A DNA stretch of 58,334 nucleotides from a virus (Duplodnaviria > Caudoviricetes): the IMG/VR virus record IMGVR_UViG_3300048848_000261, positions 1 through 58,334 of that record; one strand, 5' to 3'. The notes below the pieces were generated by a model that made no database searches, had not been told where the DNA came from, and saw only the letters and a list, made by a program, of their open reading frames with translations. Below, piece by piece: positions 28,440 through 37,997 of this stretch (position 1 is the stretch's first letter; each line of letters begins with the position of its first letter). The translations under genes and the position numbers were made by a program.

Positions 28440-30844
28440 GTTCGGCGCCACTCATTCTGCTGTGCATAGGCGATCTGGCGGTTGTTATCGCTCATTGCCT
28501 GCCTGATCAGGCGGATCGTGTTCTCGGATGCGTCGCCCTGGATGACGATGTCGCCACCACGAACGCTAGCACCTGCGCTGCGCTTGTTTTTGGGATCGTA
28601 GATGTCGACCTGCTCGGACGGCTTCTTGCGGAAGGCCACCAACTGATTATCCATCCCGCCAATGCTTCCAGCGCCGCCACCGGGCATGATGCTTCCGCCA
28701 CGATATGCGCCGGGTATAAACGCCTTCAGCACGGAGCCGATTATCGAGCCGAAGCCACCACCGCTACTGCCGCCAGACACCGCCCCACTACCGCCGCTAA
28801 ACGCGTTGGAAAGGGCCTTCAAGCCGTCATTCAGGGCAAAGCTCGCCAGCTGTTTGACTAGGCCTTTAAGCGCTTCTTTTGCGGCATCCCCACCTTCAAC
28901 AAAGCCCGCAAACACATCCCCAATCGAAGAACCGAGAGTCTGCCCTAGCTCATCAAGGCTCGAAAGCTCAGTTCCAATGCCCTTTGCGGTTTGGCCTGCC
29001 ACGCCAACAACCTGCCCCTGCAGGCTTGTCATGCCGTTACCGAGGCCCTGCATCACGTTGACGCCAACTTCATGCATGACGCGCGAAGGAGAGTGGATAC
29101 CAAGAGCGCTTTTGACACTGGTCGAGATCGACGTGCCGATGCTGGCGACGCCGGACTTGACCGTTTCCCATTTCGCTTGGATGCCCTGCCAGAGCCCGTC
29201 GATGATCTGCCCACCGATCGCGATCATCTGGCTTGGAAGATTCGAGAACGCCGCGACGATATCCGTCGCCATCTGCTTCACGCTCTGGACCAGCTCTAGC
29301 ACCTTAGCCGTAAAGCCGGGAATGATCGTGTCTGCGATCGCACCAAAGGTCTGCCAGAAGTTGTTGAGCAGAGCGAGCGCGCTCGTCCAGGCGCCTGCGA
29401 AGTCGCCCGTCAGGGCCTGCGCTATGCCGGTCGCCATCAACCGTGCATTCTCAAGTAAGCCCGTGAGCGATACTTTCATAACCGCAATGGTAGTTTCCAC
29501 GGCAGCAGCAACCGCGGGGAACGACGCCCGGACCTGATCCCAATTCGTATAGAGCGCGGTTGCAGCAGCAGCGAGCGCGGTTACCGCAGCGACGCCAGCA
29601 ATGACAGGTGCGCCGATAGCGGCGACGGCCGACACGAACAGACCGACTGCGACCATGGCAGGACCAAGGACTACGCCGACGCCTGCGACCACCGTTCCCC
29701 ACTTCAAGATTTCGGGGTTTGTTTCCGACAGCTTGTCGACCAGACCTCCGAGAGAACTCACCAACGATGTGGCAAATGCGAGAAGCCCACTATTGGCGAT
29801 TGTGATCGACAAGGTCTCGAGTGCTCCGGTCAGCTTCTCCAGTTCGCCGTTGAATCCCTTCATACGAGCTGCCGACTGCTCATTCGCAGACCCAGTTCTG
29901 GAGACGGTCTCCGTCATCTTGTCGATGCCGGCCGCTCCCTGGTCCGCGAGCGCGATCGCAGTACGCATGGCATCGATGCCGAAGATCTCCTTGACGGCAT
30001 TATTCCGGGCTTCATCGCTAAGCCCCGCGAGGCTGGTCTTCAGCTCTTCCGCGATCGCTGACATGGATTTCATCGACCCGTCGGCATTGAAGAATTCGAG
30101 TCCAAGATCCTTCATTGCCGATTCGGCTGCCGCACTCTTAGGGACAAGCGTGGTAAGGAACGTCTTGAACGAAGTGCCAGCGTCGGAGCCACTATTGAAT
30201 ACCGACGAGGTAGCGGCGATCGCTGCATTGAACTCTTCGAGACTGACACCCAGAGCGCCAGCCACACCCCCAGCCTGGCCCAACGCATCTTTGTAATCGT
30301 TGAAACCAAACTGGGAAGAGAGCGTGACATTGGTGATACCGTCGACAACTTTGCCAAGATCCTTCACCTCGATCTTGAACTGCGACATGACGTTGGTTGC
30401 AACGTCAGCCGCGGTCGAGAGATCACCGCCTGTTGCCTCGGAAAGCTTGATCGAGGCAGCGGCCGCGCCGTTTAAGATATCTTCAGCAGAGACGCCGTTC
30501 TTGGCCAGCATCTCCATCGCGTCGGCTGCTTCGGAAGCGGACTTCGACGTGTTGGCACCCAACTCCAGCGCCATTTTCTGCATCTGCTGGAACTGCTCAG
30601 ACGACGCGTTCGTTGCAGCTTGAACACGGTTCATAGACGCTTCGAAGTCGCCGGCAGTCTTAATCGTCAGCACACCCATGGCAGCAAGCGGTGCGGACAG
30701 ATAGGCGGACATGCTCTTTCCTGCCGACTGCATTGATTTGCCAACGCCGCTCAGGCTGGCCTGCGCCTTCTTGAGCCCGTTCTGAAACTCGGCACTGTCA
30801 ATGCCGAGATTCACTCTGAGAGCGCCGATAACAGCTGATGCCAT
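28436..30844 (-). CDS. Tail tape measure protein (TP901 family)
   Basis: IGALRVNLG.D, FEASMNRV.A, GSDAGTSFK, LGIHSPSRV. Confidence 0.93.
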   Translation of the reverse strand: MASAVIGALRVNLGIDSAEFQNGLKKAQASLSGVGKSMQSAGKSMSAYLSAPLAAMGVLTIKTAGDFEASMNRVQAATNASSEQFQQMQKMALELGANTSKSASEAADAMEMLAKNGVSAEDILNGAAAASIKLSEATGGDLSTAADVATNVMSQFKIEVKDLGKVVDGITNVTLSSQFGFNDYKDALGQAGGVAGALGVSLEEFNAAIAATSSVFNSGSDAGTSFKTFLTTLVPKSAAAESAMKDLGLEFFNADGSMKSMSAIAEELKTSLAGLSDEARNNAVKEIFGIDAMRTAIALADQGAAGIDKMTETVSRTGSANEQSAARMKGFNGELEKLTGALETLSITIANSGLLAFATSLVSSLGGLVDKLSETNPEILKWGTVVAGVGVVLGPAMVAVGLFVSAVAAIGAPVIAGVAAVTALAAAATALYTNWDQVRASFPAVAAAVETTIAVMKVSLTGLLENARLMATGIAQALTGDFAGAWTSALALLNNFWQTFGAIADTIIPGFTAKVLELVQSVKQMATDIVAAFSNLPSQMIAIGGQIIDGLWQGIQAKWETVKSGVASIGTSISTSVKSALGIHSPSRVMHEVGVNVMQGLGNGMTSLQGQVVGVAGQTAKGIGTELSSLDELGQTLGSSIGDVFAGFVEGGDAAKEALKGLVKQLASFALNDGLKALSNAFSGGSGAVSGGSSGGGFGSIIGSVLKAFIPGAYRGGSIMPGGGAGSIGGMDNQLVAFRKKPSEQVDIYDPKNKRSAGASVRGGDIVIQGDASENTIRLIRQAMSDNNRQIAYAQQNEWRRT

Positions 30845-31173
30845 TTACGTCTTCCTTTGCCGGGAGCCCAGCCAGCTACGAGTGACGGCTTCGATCTGGT
30901 CCGCCGTCATCTTCTTTTCGCCCGGCGTTTTTTTGCTACTGCTCAGCATGGTTTCCAGCTTCGGCAGCTTCTTCAGGCGAGCCATCGCCTCGATGTGCCA
31001 TGCAAGAGACATGCGCTCGTCCCGCTCTCGCGTTCGTAGATCAGTGACGCCCTTCAGGACGGCATTGATCTCGCGAAGAGTGAGCCGCCAGAATAGCTCA
31101 TACTGTTGCCCCGCCTCGATCCATGCGGAAATAAGCGACGGCCAGACTATGCTGCCGCCGCCTTCCGAGGGCG
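30845..31173 (-). CDS. Tail assembly chaperone, -1 frameshift extension (gpGT-like)
   Basis: Hand-translated open -1 frame ...WPSLISAWIEAG...FWRLTLREI...LAWHIEAMARLKKLPKL with no early start codon. Confidence 0.65.
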
Positions 31174-31512
31174 CGAGCCGAGATCCTTTTTGGCCACGGC
31201 TGGCTTCTTCGGGAACGCCAGCTGGAACGCTTGTCCAATCAGCTCACCAACGCGCTGCACACCAACGTCGTCGATCAGGTCGTTGCATTCGCGAATGGTC
31301 AGCTGATCATGGCGATGCTGCAGGGCGCCCCAGAAGACTGCCCGCATCAATGTAAGGCTGGCTGTCTTCGGGTTTTCCAGCGCCTGGCCAACCTCCGAAA
31401 TGCTCTTGCCCGTTTCAGCCTCGATCTCGCACATCGCACCCGTTCCGATCTTCATCGTCCAGGTCTTGCCCGCAGCCTCGAAGCTGACTTCGCCTCTCTC
31501 CGGGTTCGCCAT
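31147..31512 (-). CDS. Tail assembly chaperone (GTA gp10-like)
   Basis: MANPERGEV; AMCEIE; position after the tail tube gene. Confidence 0.85.
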   Translation of the reverse strand: MANPERGEVSFEAAGKTWTMKIGTGAMCEIEAETGKSISEVGQALENPKTASLTLMRAVFWGALQHRHDQLTIRECNDLIDDVGVQRVGELIGQAFQLAFPKKPAVAKKDLGSRPRKAAAA

Positions 31513-31937
31513 TATTCAACCTCTCCCCAAACCTCTTCGCCCGATACGGCGACGGTAATGGTCGCCGTCATGCGGTCATCGAACGGAACCGACTTTTCGT
31601 AGCCGGTGATCGCGCCGCCGAACGTCACGGTGACGCCGTTCGGGAATGTGATCTGATGGGGCGTTGTCTCGCCCGAGCTCATGAGCGTACGCAAGATTTC
31701 ATCGGTCGCGCTGCCAGGCACCCAGTTGATTTCGAACTCGGCTTCGCCGCTGTCGATCATGCCGGCGATGTATTCACGCCGACGGCCGGGGCTGAGCATG
31801 TGAGTGGCCTCGATGCGATCAGCGGTGGACGCGCCAGGCGTCACACTCATCACTTCCGCGATGGGGGTGAAGGTAGGGGCGGCGGCTGTCGCCTTGATGC
31901 CGTACTGTGTGCCGTAGCCAATGCGAGCGTCAGTCAT
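31512..31937 (-). CDS. Major tail tube protein
   Basis: IEATHM.SP...REYIAG.IDSGE; T.TI.VSG. Confidence 0.9.
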   Translation of the reverse strand: MTDARIGYGTQYGIKATAAAPTFTPIAEVMSVTPGASTADRIEATHMLSPGRRREYIAGMIDSGEAEFEINWVPGSATDEILRTLMSSGETTPHQITFPNGVTVTFGGAITGYEKSVPFDDRMTATITVAVSGEEVWGEVE

Positions 31938-31942
31938 TGTCT

Positions 31943-32308
31943 TTATTCTCCGTGTAGAACAGTGATGTCGATGGAAGTGCGGAACACGCTGCTGACCTCC
32001 CCCGCGTCCGCTGCGGGAAGGCTTCTTTCGCTCTCGACGAAAATTCCTTGGATGATCCCGCCCGCATATCCGGAGACAAGTGCCTTCGCAAAAGTCGCGA
32101 CAGCCGTCACATCGGAGTATTTCTCAGCGTAGCAATCGATCTGAACGCGGCTTGATACGAAACCGGACGCCCCTCTCATGTGATAGTTCGGCTGTCCGCC
32201 AACGCGAGTCAGCACGATGTACGGACGGGCAACGTTCTGCGGAGCGCGACCCCAATATCGCTTGCCGCTGGCTACAGGAGCCAGGAGATCGGTCAAAGCC
32301 TGCTCCAT
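31943..32308 (-). CDS. Tail terminator (DUF3168)
   Basis: APQ....PYIV; RVQIDCYA. Confidence 0.85.
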   Translation of the reverse strand: MEQALTDLLAPVASGKRYWGRAPQNVARPYIVLTRVGGQPNYHMRGASGFVSSRVQIDCYAEKYSDVTAVATFAKALVSGYAGGIIQGIFVESERSLPAADAGEVSSVFRTSIDITVLHGE

Positions 32309-32754
32309 TATTTCCCCCGCGCCGCTTTCTTCGCCACCCGTTCGGCAGACTTCTCGATTTCGCCCCAGAGCAAGAGCGTGATGCGCTCCAGCGCGGCGTC
32401 TTTTGTCGAGTCCCAGGCCGGCCGCATGAAGGGCTGCGCAACATGGCGCTCGTTACCGAACTCCTGCTGAATATCCGCGGGGTTATTCGAGCCCACAAAC
32501 ATCTCCTGAAAAGCTTGGCCGCCTTCCTTACGATGAAGAGAGCGCTGGCGTGTGGTCAGCTTCGTGGAGACGTCGATACTCTCATACAGATAGTGCTCGT
32601 CGACCGGCGCTCTGCGACGAGCAGCACTGGCAATCAGCTCGCCACCTTCAACGAGAACACGGCGCAAAGCCGCTTTCGCTGTCGCTTTGGGCAATTGACC
32701 CAACGCCCGATCCAGCTCTTTCAGCCCGTCGATTCTCACTGTGATTTTTGCCAT
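32308..32754 (-). CDS. HK97 gp10-like neck protein
   Basis: GLKEL..AL; APVD; QEFG....AQPFMRPAWD. Confidence 0.9.
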   Translation of the reverse strand: MAKITVRIDGLKELDRALGQLPKATAKAALRRVLVEGGELIASAARRRAPVDEHYLYESIDVSTKLTTRQRSLHRKEGGQAFQEMFVGSNNPADIQQEFGNERHVAQPFMRPAWDSTKDAALERITLLLWGEIEKSAERVAKKAARGK

Positions 32755-33098
32755 CAGTCAGCGTCCCGCGAGGCTGTGATCTCAATGAAGCGATGACGCC
32801 CTTCATCGGCTTCCTTCGTGCCCTTGATGTCCCAGACCTTTCCGTCGTGCACGATCCGATCAACCGGAGTTACGGACCGCGCGACGGCGCTTGAGCGAAT
32901 GGTGAAGCGCGAGACGATGAACGATCCGGTTTGACCGGCCGCCACATATTCGATTTTTTGGCTGTCTGACGCATCCCGGCGACGTGCCCACACGGTTACA
33001 AGGTCTCTCCACGTATCAACCGGCTCATTAAGCGGACCAGGGGCCGATGAGGACCGCTGAAGCGTGACGCGGCGATCAAGGTTTCCTGCCTTCATCAT
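32754..33098 (-). CDS. Head closure (head-tail adaptor) protein
   Basis: AGNLDRRVTLQ; W..L.TVWA; DRIV.DG. Confidence 0.9.
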   Translation of the reverse strand: MMKAGNLDRRVTLQRSSSAPGPLNEPVDTWRDLVTVWARRRDASDSQKIEYVAAGQTGSFIVSRFTIRSSAVARSVTPVDRIVHDGKVWDIKGTKEADEGRHRFIEITASRDAD

Positions 33099-33397
33099 GC
33101 CAGTGTCGGGTCCCTCCGCCCCCGCAACAGATTGACCACCGGATCAGAAAGAGGTTCCTCAACTTCATCCCAGAGATTACGTGCGACCATGAGAACAGCG
33201 GCCCGGATGTCGTCTGGTGCGTCGGCTTCGCTCCAAGGGGAGTCTTCGCGTTTCGTATGTCGAAGAACGATCGTGGACGCGCGATCGGCAAGCTTCTGAA
33301 ACTGAGGGACCAGTGAGTCAACGATCACGCCTTGATCGTCGCGCTCAAGGCTCAAGCGCAACTGAAAATCCATGTCTTCTAGTGAGACCAGAGCCAT
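33095..33397 (-). CDS. Head-tail connector (gp6-like)
   Basis: LVSLE....QLR; P.DIRAAVL; V.NLL...RDPTLA. Confidence 0.85.
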   Translation of the reverse strand: MALVSLEDMDFQLRLSLERDDQGVIVDSLVPQFQKLADRASTIVLRHTKREDSPWSEADAPDDIRAAVLMVARNLWDEVEEPLSDPVVNLLRGRRDPTLA

Positions 33398-33398
33398 G

Positions 33399-34268
33399 TC
33401 ATTCCCCCTTGACTGGAACGCCAACGCGAACCGGCTGTTGGGGCTTGGCATCCTTGACGACGCCGTCTTTGCCGTCGCGGCCCTTCTTGGCGCACAGGGT
33501 CCAGTCCTTTGAACCGTCCCCTGGCTTGCTGTTTGTTTTGTCGGCATCGCAGTGCCACAGAGAGCCGCCGCAGGTGACGGTATCACCTTTGCTGTATTGG
33601 CCTTCGGTGAAAACGCCGCGGTAAAGCATGACGGGGAAGCCGAGTTCGACACTGTAATCGATATCCTTGCCCGTAAAGGCCAGAAGCACGGTGCGTCCGT
33701 CATTCATCACTGAAGCGTCGAAATCCTCCAGCGCAAACCCATCACGACCAGGCTTGCCCGGATCGCCGTCTTTCCCAATGACAGGTCCGAGGTTTTTCGT
33801 TGCACCGTTGGTCAGCGTCACGACGAGTTCCCCATCGCGATCGATCAATGCGCCGGCCAGTCCAACGCCGTCTTTACCATCGACGCCGTCTTTTCCGTCC
33901 TTCGCGGCAGGAAGCGCGCTGACACGCTTCTCGATTTCAGAGACAATGAGCGGAGCAACATCCTCAACAGTCACTCCCTTGCCATCCTGTGGGGCAGGAA
34001 TGTACGCTAAGGCAGCCTTCACCGCCTCGTCTACCATCCCGCCGATGTCTGGCAGCTCCGGTGCCTGCGGAATTTCAGGCATGACAATCCCTTTAACGGT
34101 CTCCTTCAGCGCGTCGAGATCCTCCGACAGATCAATGGGCGCGGGAATTGCATCGATCGCCCTCTCCAGCGCCTCGATGCGGGAATGGATAGGTGCCAAC
34201 TGCTTCTCGAGATAGCCTTTGACTACGCCGACAATTTCAGTGCCGAAGGCTTTGCCGTCGAAAGTCAT
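33399..34268 (-). CDS. Head-associated protein with collagen-like GKDG repeats
   Basis: GKDG repeats; C-terminal YRGVF...Y..GD.VT.GGSLWHC...W.L..K.GRDG. Confidence 0.75.
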   Translation of the reverse strand: MTFDGKAFGTEIVGVVKGYLEKQLAPIHSRIEALERAIDAIPAPIDLSEDLDALKETVKGIVMPEIPQAPELPDIGGMVDEAVKAALAYIPAPQDGKGVTVEDVAPLIVSEIEKRVSALPAAKDGKDGVDGKDGVGLAGALIDRDGELVVTLTNGATKNLGPVIGKDGDPGKPGRDGFALEDFDASVMNDGRTVLLAFTGKDIDYSVELGFPVMLYRGVFTEGQYSKGDTVTCGGSLWHCDADKTNSKPGDGSKDWTLCAKKGRDGKDGVVKDAKPQQPVRVGVPVKGE

Positions 34269-35614
34269 CAGCGCAGTCCTTTGTATATTTCGATCAGCGC
34301 TGCCCTGGCTTGCGCCTCGGCAGCATTATCATTGGCGGGTTCGGATGGCTCGACGGGCTTAGGGGCTGGCGCAGTGCCAAACGGGTCGGCTTGGGCATCA
34401 CGCTTTGCCAATGCCTCGAGGCTGAAATTCTGCTGTTGGAGCATGGGGCTCTCACCGCCAGCCTTCGGCTTCAGATCCAGCTTCCGCCGCTGTTCGTTCG
34501 GAGACATGATGCCCTTCGACTTATCCAGCATCTCCATCTGCGTGACGCTGTCCATTCGCAGGAGGTTGTCGGTGTCGAGCTCCGTTCCAATGTTCTCGCC
34601 CATGCCCAGACCTTCATCCAGGCAAAGCTCGATCGACTCCAGTAGAACCTGGAGGCACTGAGAATAATATTCAACGTTCAAGCTCTGGACGTTGCTCGCT
34701 GTCGGCATTGGGCCAAGGCCGATCTTGTACGGAGGGACATGGTAGGTCGAGCAGACAACCTCTCCAGACCATTTCAGCTGCTCTATCAGCTGGGAGTCCG
34801 TCGCTTTCGCCCGCATAGCCTCGTATTTCAGCCCATCGCCGAGTACCGCGACCTTGCCGGAATTCTTGCCAGAGAAGTTGGCGTCCCAGTAAGCCTTTAG
34901 ACGCGAGGCGGTATCGTCGGCGATAGCACCCGGCGCCGTAAGCACACCGCCCGGGCGGGCCCCATTCTGGAAAAACAAAGTGCTGTCGTTTTGGACTGCC
35001 AACCCCTGCATAGCAGCGAGACCCCCTGCGAAAATTGGCGAGAGCCCAACCAGCGGGTGGAAAAAGCAATTAAACCTGTCGTGGATGATCTCCCGTGCCG
35101 GAACGATGATGCTATCCTCGACGCCGCCAAGAGGATCCTTGCTCAGCTGGTAAAAGACGCTGCCATCATCAGAGACCAGAGGCGTCACCATAGTGGGATC
35201 GAGGACATAGAGTTTGACCACAACGCCCCGGCCGTCGCGCTGCTTCAAGATGTAAGCATTGCCGCGCTGCAGCTTCGAGAGAACCCACGACTCCATGAAC
35301 TGGATCCGGTTCTGGAAGCTATTCGGCTTGCGTAGGACCGGCGAATAGGCCGCATTGCTGGTCTCGCTCCAGATCCCGTCGCTGTCCTTCGCCACGAGCT
35401 TGATACGAAGCTTCGAGATGTCCGAAGCGATCAGCGTGCGACAGGCAAAGTCGGCATGATTGGACAGAACCGAGTCATAGCTGACTTCGACATTCTGCTG
35501 CCAGTTTCCGGGCGCGGCTTCGAAGATAGACCACCACCCGCCACGCCCTCTAGAGGCAGGCGACAGCGCTTTTTCCTTCACTGGGTCGCGGCTGAATAGG
35601 CGGGGGAAGCGCAT
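34268..35614 (-). CDS. Portal protein (HK97 family)
   Basis: PN..Q, GNAY, IIHDR, GLSPI, FFQNGARPGGVL, PNE.R. Confidence 0.95.
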   Translation of the reverse strand: MRFPRLFSRDPVKEKALSPASRGRGGWWSIFEAAPGNWQQNVEVSYDSVLSNHADFACRTLIASDISKLRIKLVAKDSDGIWSETSNAAYSPVLRKPNSFQNRIQFMESWVLSKLQRGNAYILKQRDGRGVVVKLYVLDPTMVTPLVSDDGSVFYQLSKDPLGGVEDSIIVPAREIIHDRFNCFFHPLVGLSPIFAGGLAAMQGLAVQNDSTLFFQNGARPGGVLTAPGAIADDTASRLKAYWDANFSGKNSGKVAVLGDGLKYEAMRAKATDSQLIEQLKWSGEVVCSTYHVPPYKIGLGPMPTASNVQSLNVEYYSQCLQVLLESIELCLDEGLGMGENIGTELDTDNLLRMDSVTQMEMLDKSKGIMSPNEQRRKLDLKPKAGGESPMLQQQNFSLEALAKRDAQADPFGTAPAPKPVEPSEPANDNAAEAQARAALIEIYKGLR

Positions 35615-35616
35615 GG

Positions 35617-35892
35617 TCAGTCCTTCGCTTCAGCGATCTTGTTCTTGATCGTGTCGACATCCCAGCCGTGATAGGCCCTCTTACCGACAGTCTCATGGTA
35701 TTCGGCACGAAGGGCGTCCAGCTCGGGGTCTTTGCTGCCGCCATTCTGTCCGTCACCGTCGTGGTCGAGAGGATCGCCCGCTTCGGCGCCAGCAACCACG
35801 TCGGCACGCGCATACCCCAGCTTCCCGAGGACCCGTGCGAAGCGTGGGTCGCTCGCCGTCATGGCGCGGGTCATGTACGAGGACTTCTTCAT
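35617..35892 (-). CDS. Small head-module protein
   Basis: AAGGAG RBS; L..LRAEY....GKR...GWD..T. Confidence 0.75.
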   Translation of the reverse strand: MKKSSYMTRAMTASDPRFARVLGKLGYARADVVAGAEAGDPLDHDGDGQNGGSKDPELDALRAEYHETVGKRAYHGWDVDTIKNKIAEAKD

Positions 35893-35918
35893 TGCCGTCT
35901 CCTTGCTTGGACGAGAGA

Positions 35919-35944
35919 AGCCAGCCCCACGAATGAGGCTGGCT
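35919..35944 (-). terminator. Hairpin/terminator after the capsid gene
   Basis: AGCCAGCC...GGCTGGCT stem followed by TCTC on the minus strand. Confidence 0.5.
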
Positions 35945-35952
35945 CGTTGTCG

Positions 35953-37965
35953 TTACGGAGTAACTGGAGCGGGGGTGCCCCAGGTGGCGCCGGTAAGAAT
36001 GGCCACAGCCGAAGGACGGCGGCGGGCCCAGTTGATGAACCGCTCGACACGGAAGGCCACGCTGTTGGTCTGGAACATCGAGACGAGCGACGTTGCGCCG
36101 GTTGGCGTGTCGGAGTTGTGCGCCGGGTTGTCGGCCATCTCCAGCGAGGCTTCGCGGGACATGTCGACCTGGATGCCGCCTTCGTCAGCGAGGTAGATGT
36201 CGCTGGCGTTGGCAAGTACGACAGTGCCGGCTGGAATGTAATCCGACACAATGACCGGGAGACCCGCGAAGGCGCCGCCCGTCATCGAGATGCCTGGGAA
36301 CTCCGGCTGACCGAGCGGATTGGTCATCATCGACAGAGCAAGCGCTGTCGTCGAACCCATGATCCAGACACCGCTCGTCGGGGCGTTCTGTGCCGCGATG
36401 AACGTCGCCATCAGAGCGCGGATATCTCTCCGGATGTCATCCGCATCACCACCAGACGACACAACCGCGGTCAGGCCGTTGGTGATGGAAGCTGGGGAGA
36501 CGCCGGCAACCGCTGCCTTGGCGGGGTTGACGAAGTCAGTGTCGAGGCGAGCGGCGATCGCAGCAGCCAAACTGTCGCGGAGGAGGCCTTCAGCGGCCGG
36601 AGACGACCGACGAAGGAGTTCTTCGGTTACGACCGCAATGTTCGCCACCTTGAAGATGTCGAGGATATTGCGCTCGAAGCCGAAGCTGGTGAGCGGCTTT
36701 GCCTTCCCTTCCCCAACCCAGTAGCCCTCGCCGCCTTCCGTCTGCCCGACCAGCGGGACGTTGAACGGAACGTTGCGAAGGGCTGGAACACCGTTCTGGC
36801 CGAAACGGCCGAGGATGGTGCGCGGACGGAGGTATTCCACGAAGTCGGCGATCACATCGGTGCCTTCACCGACGAGAGGCGATGCCCAGTTGCCGTCTTG
36901 GGTGGTGCCGGCAGGAACTGCGGCCTTCATGACGATCCCGTAAATGGACGAGTCCTCGCCATAAAGCTCCTTGGCGACGGTGCGCACGCTTTCGCCATCG
37001 AGCTTTGCCAGGGCCTTGACCTTGGCCAGACGAGCGAAGCCGATGCCCTTTTCGAGCGCTGGAGCCTTGATCACGATGCCAGAGCGGGCGGCGGATCCGT
37101 CAGCCGAGGTCTTGATCTGGTTGGCGACAACCGGCTTTGCCGATGTGGCCTGCATCTTCTCCATGGTGCGGAGACGCTTCAGGTCACCGTCAAGGGCGTC
37201 GACTTCGCCGGAGAGCGTGTCGAACTCTTCCTGCTCGGACTGATCGGTCGAACGACCTTCGTCCATGGATTTCTGCATGACTTGCGACATGCGTGCGGAC
37301 TTGGCCTGCCGGGAGGCTTCCAGCGCCGCGATCTGTTCAGCAATGGTTTTCATAGCTGGGTCTTCCTTGAGTGTGAGATTGACTGAGTGCTTAGATTTTC
37401 CCGTGGCGCCGGGAGCGGTATCGGCAGGGCGCTCTATTTTGCCTGTCGCGGCAGGAGCGTTCGTGTCGAAGGACTTGATGACCGCGACACCTGCCGCGTC
37501 CATGTTCTTGATGCTGGTCATGATGGCTTCGGGCTGGGCGGGAATGGTTACGGCAGAAAGCTCATAGACCTCAGACTTGATGAACCTGATGCCTCCCTCG
37601 TCCAGGAAGGCGTATTCGACGGCGCGAAAGCCGATCGACACGGCGCGCACCAGGCCGATCTTGATGGACTGCCATGCCTCATCAATCCTATCCTTGAGCT
37701 TGCCGTCTTCGGCAATTATGGGGATCTCCGCCTCGAATGTGATGCCGTCCTTGGTGGGTTTGTCGAACGCGACGGTGCCGATCGGCTGATAAGCGTCATG
37801 CTGCCAGAGAAACGCCATCGGGTTGGTGAACTTGACGCCGAGGGGCTCCACAATATCCCCGACACGATCAACGGCCGGCGTGGTCGCGATGCCGCGGATG
37901 ATGCGTTTCTCTTCGTCAACTGCCTTGATGGTCAGAAACGAGTATGCGCGGCGCGTCACGGTCAT
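35953..37965 (-). CDS. Fused prohead protease / major capsid protein (HK97 fold)
   Basis: Protease: DRVGDIVEP, LWQHD, SIGF, ELSAVTIPA. Capsid: WVGEG..KP, SMFQ.N.VAFR.ER.INW. Confidence 0.93.
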   Translation of the reverse strand: MTVTRRAYSFLTIKAVDEEKRIIRGIATTPAVDRVGDIVEPLGVKFTNPMAFLWQHDAYQPIGTVAFDKPTKDGITFEAEIPIIAEDGKLKDRIDEAWQSIKIGLVRAVSIGFRAVEYAFLDEGGIRFIKSEVYELSAVTIPAQPEAIMTSIKNMDAAGVAVIKSFDTNAPAATGKIERPADTAPGATGKSKHSVNLTLKEDPAMKTIAEQIAALEASRQAKSARMSQVMQKSMDEGRSTDQSEQEEFDTLSGEVDALDGDLKRLRTMEKMQATSAKPVVANQIKTSADGSAARSGIVIKAPALEKGIGFARLAKVKALAKLDGESVRTVAKELYGEDSSIYGIVMKAAVPAGTTQDGNWASPLVGEGTDVIADFVEYLRPRTILGRFGQNGVPALRNVPFNVPLVGQTEGGEGYWVGEGKAKPLTSFGFERNILDIFKVANIAVVTEELLRRSSPAAEGLLRDSLAAAIAARLDTDFVNPAKAAVAGVSPASITNGLTAVVSSGGDADDIRRDIRALMATFIAAQNAPTSGVWIMGSTTALALSMMTNPLGQPEFPGISMTGGAFAGLPVIVSDYIPAGTVVLANASDIYLADEGGIQVDMSREASLEMADNPAHNSDTPTGATSLVSMFQTNSVAFRVERFINWARRRPSAVAILTGATWGTPAPVTP

Positions 37966-37997
37966 GACGACCTCCAAGTTTTATTGGTTACAGGCGG

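Noticed and set aside
35668-37386. 572-aa + strand ORF and similar long antisense ORFs (25897-26829, 28662-29537, 44068-44856)
   Set aside because: Shadow ORFs opposite well-supported GC-rich phage genes, with no recognisable motifs.
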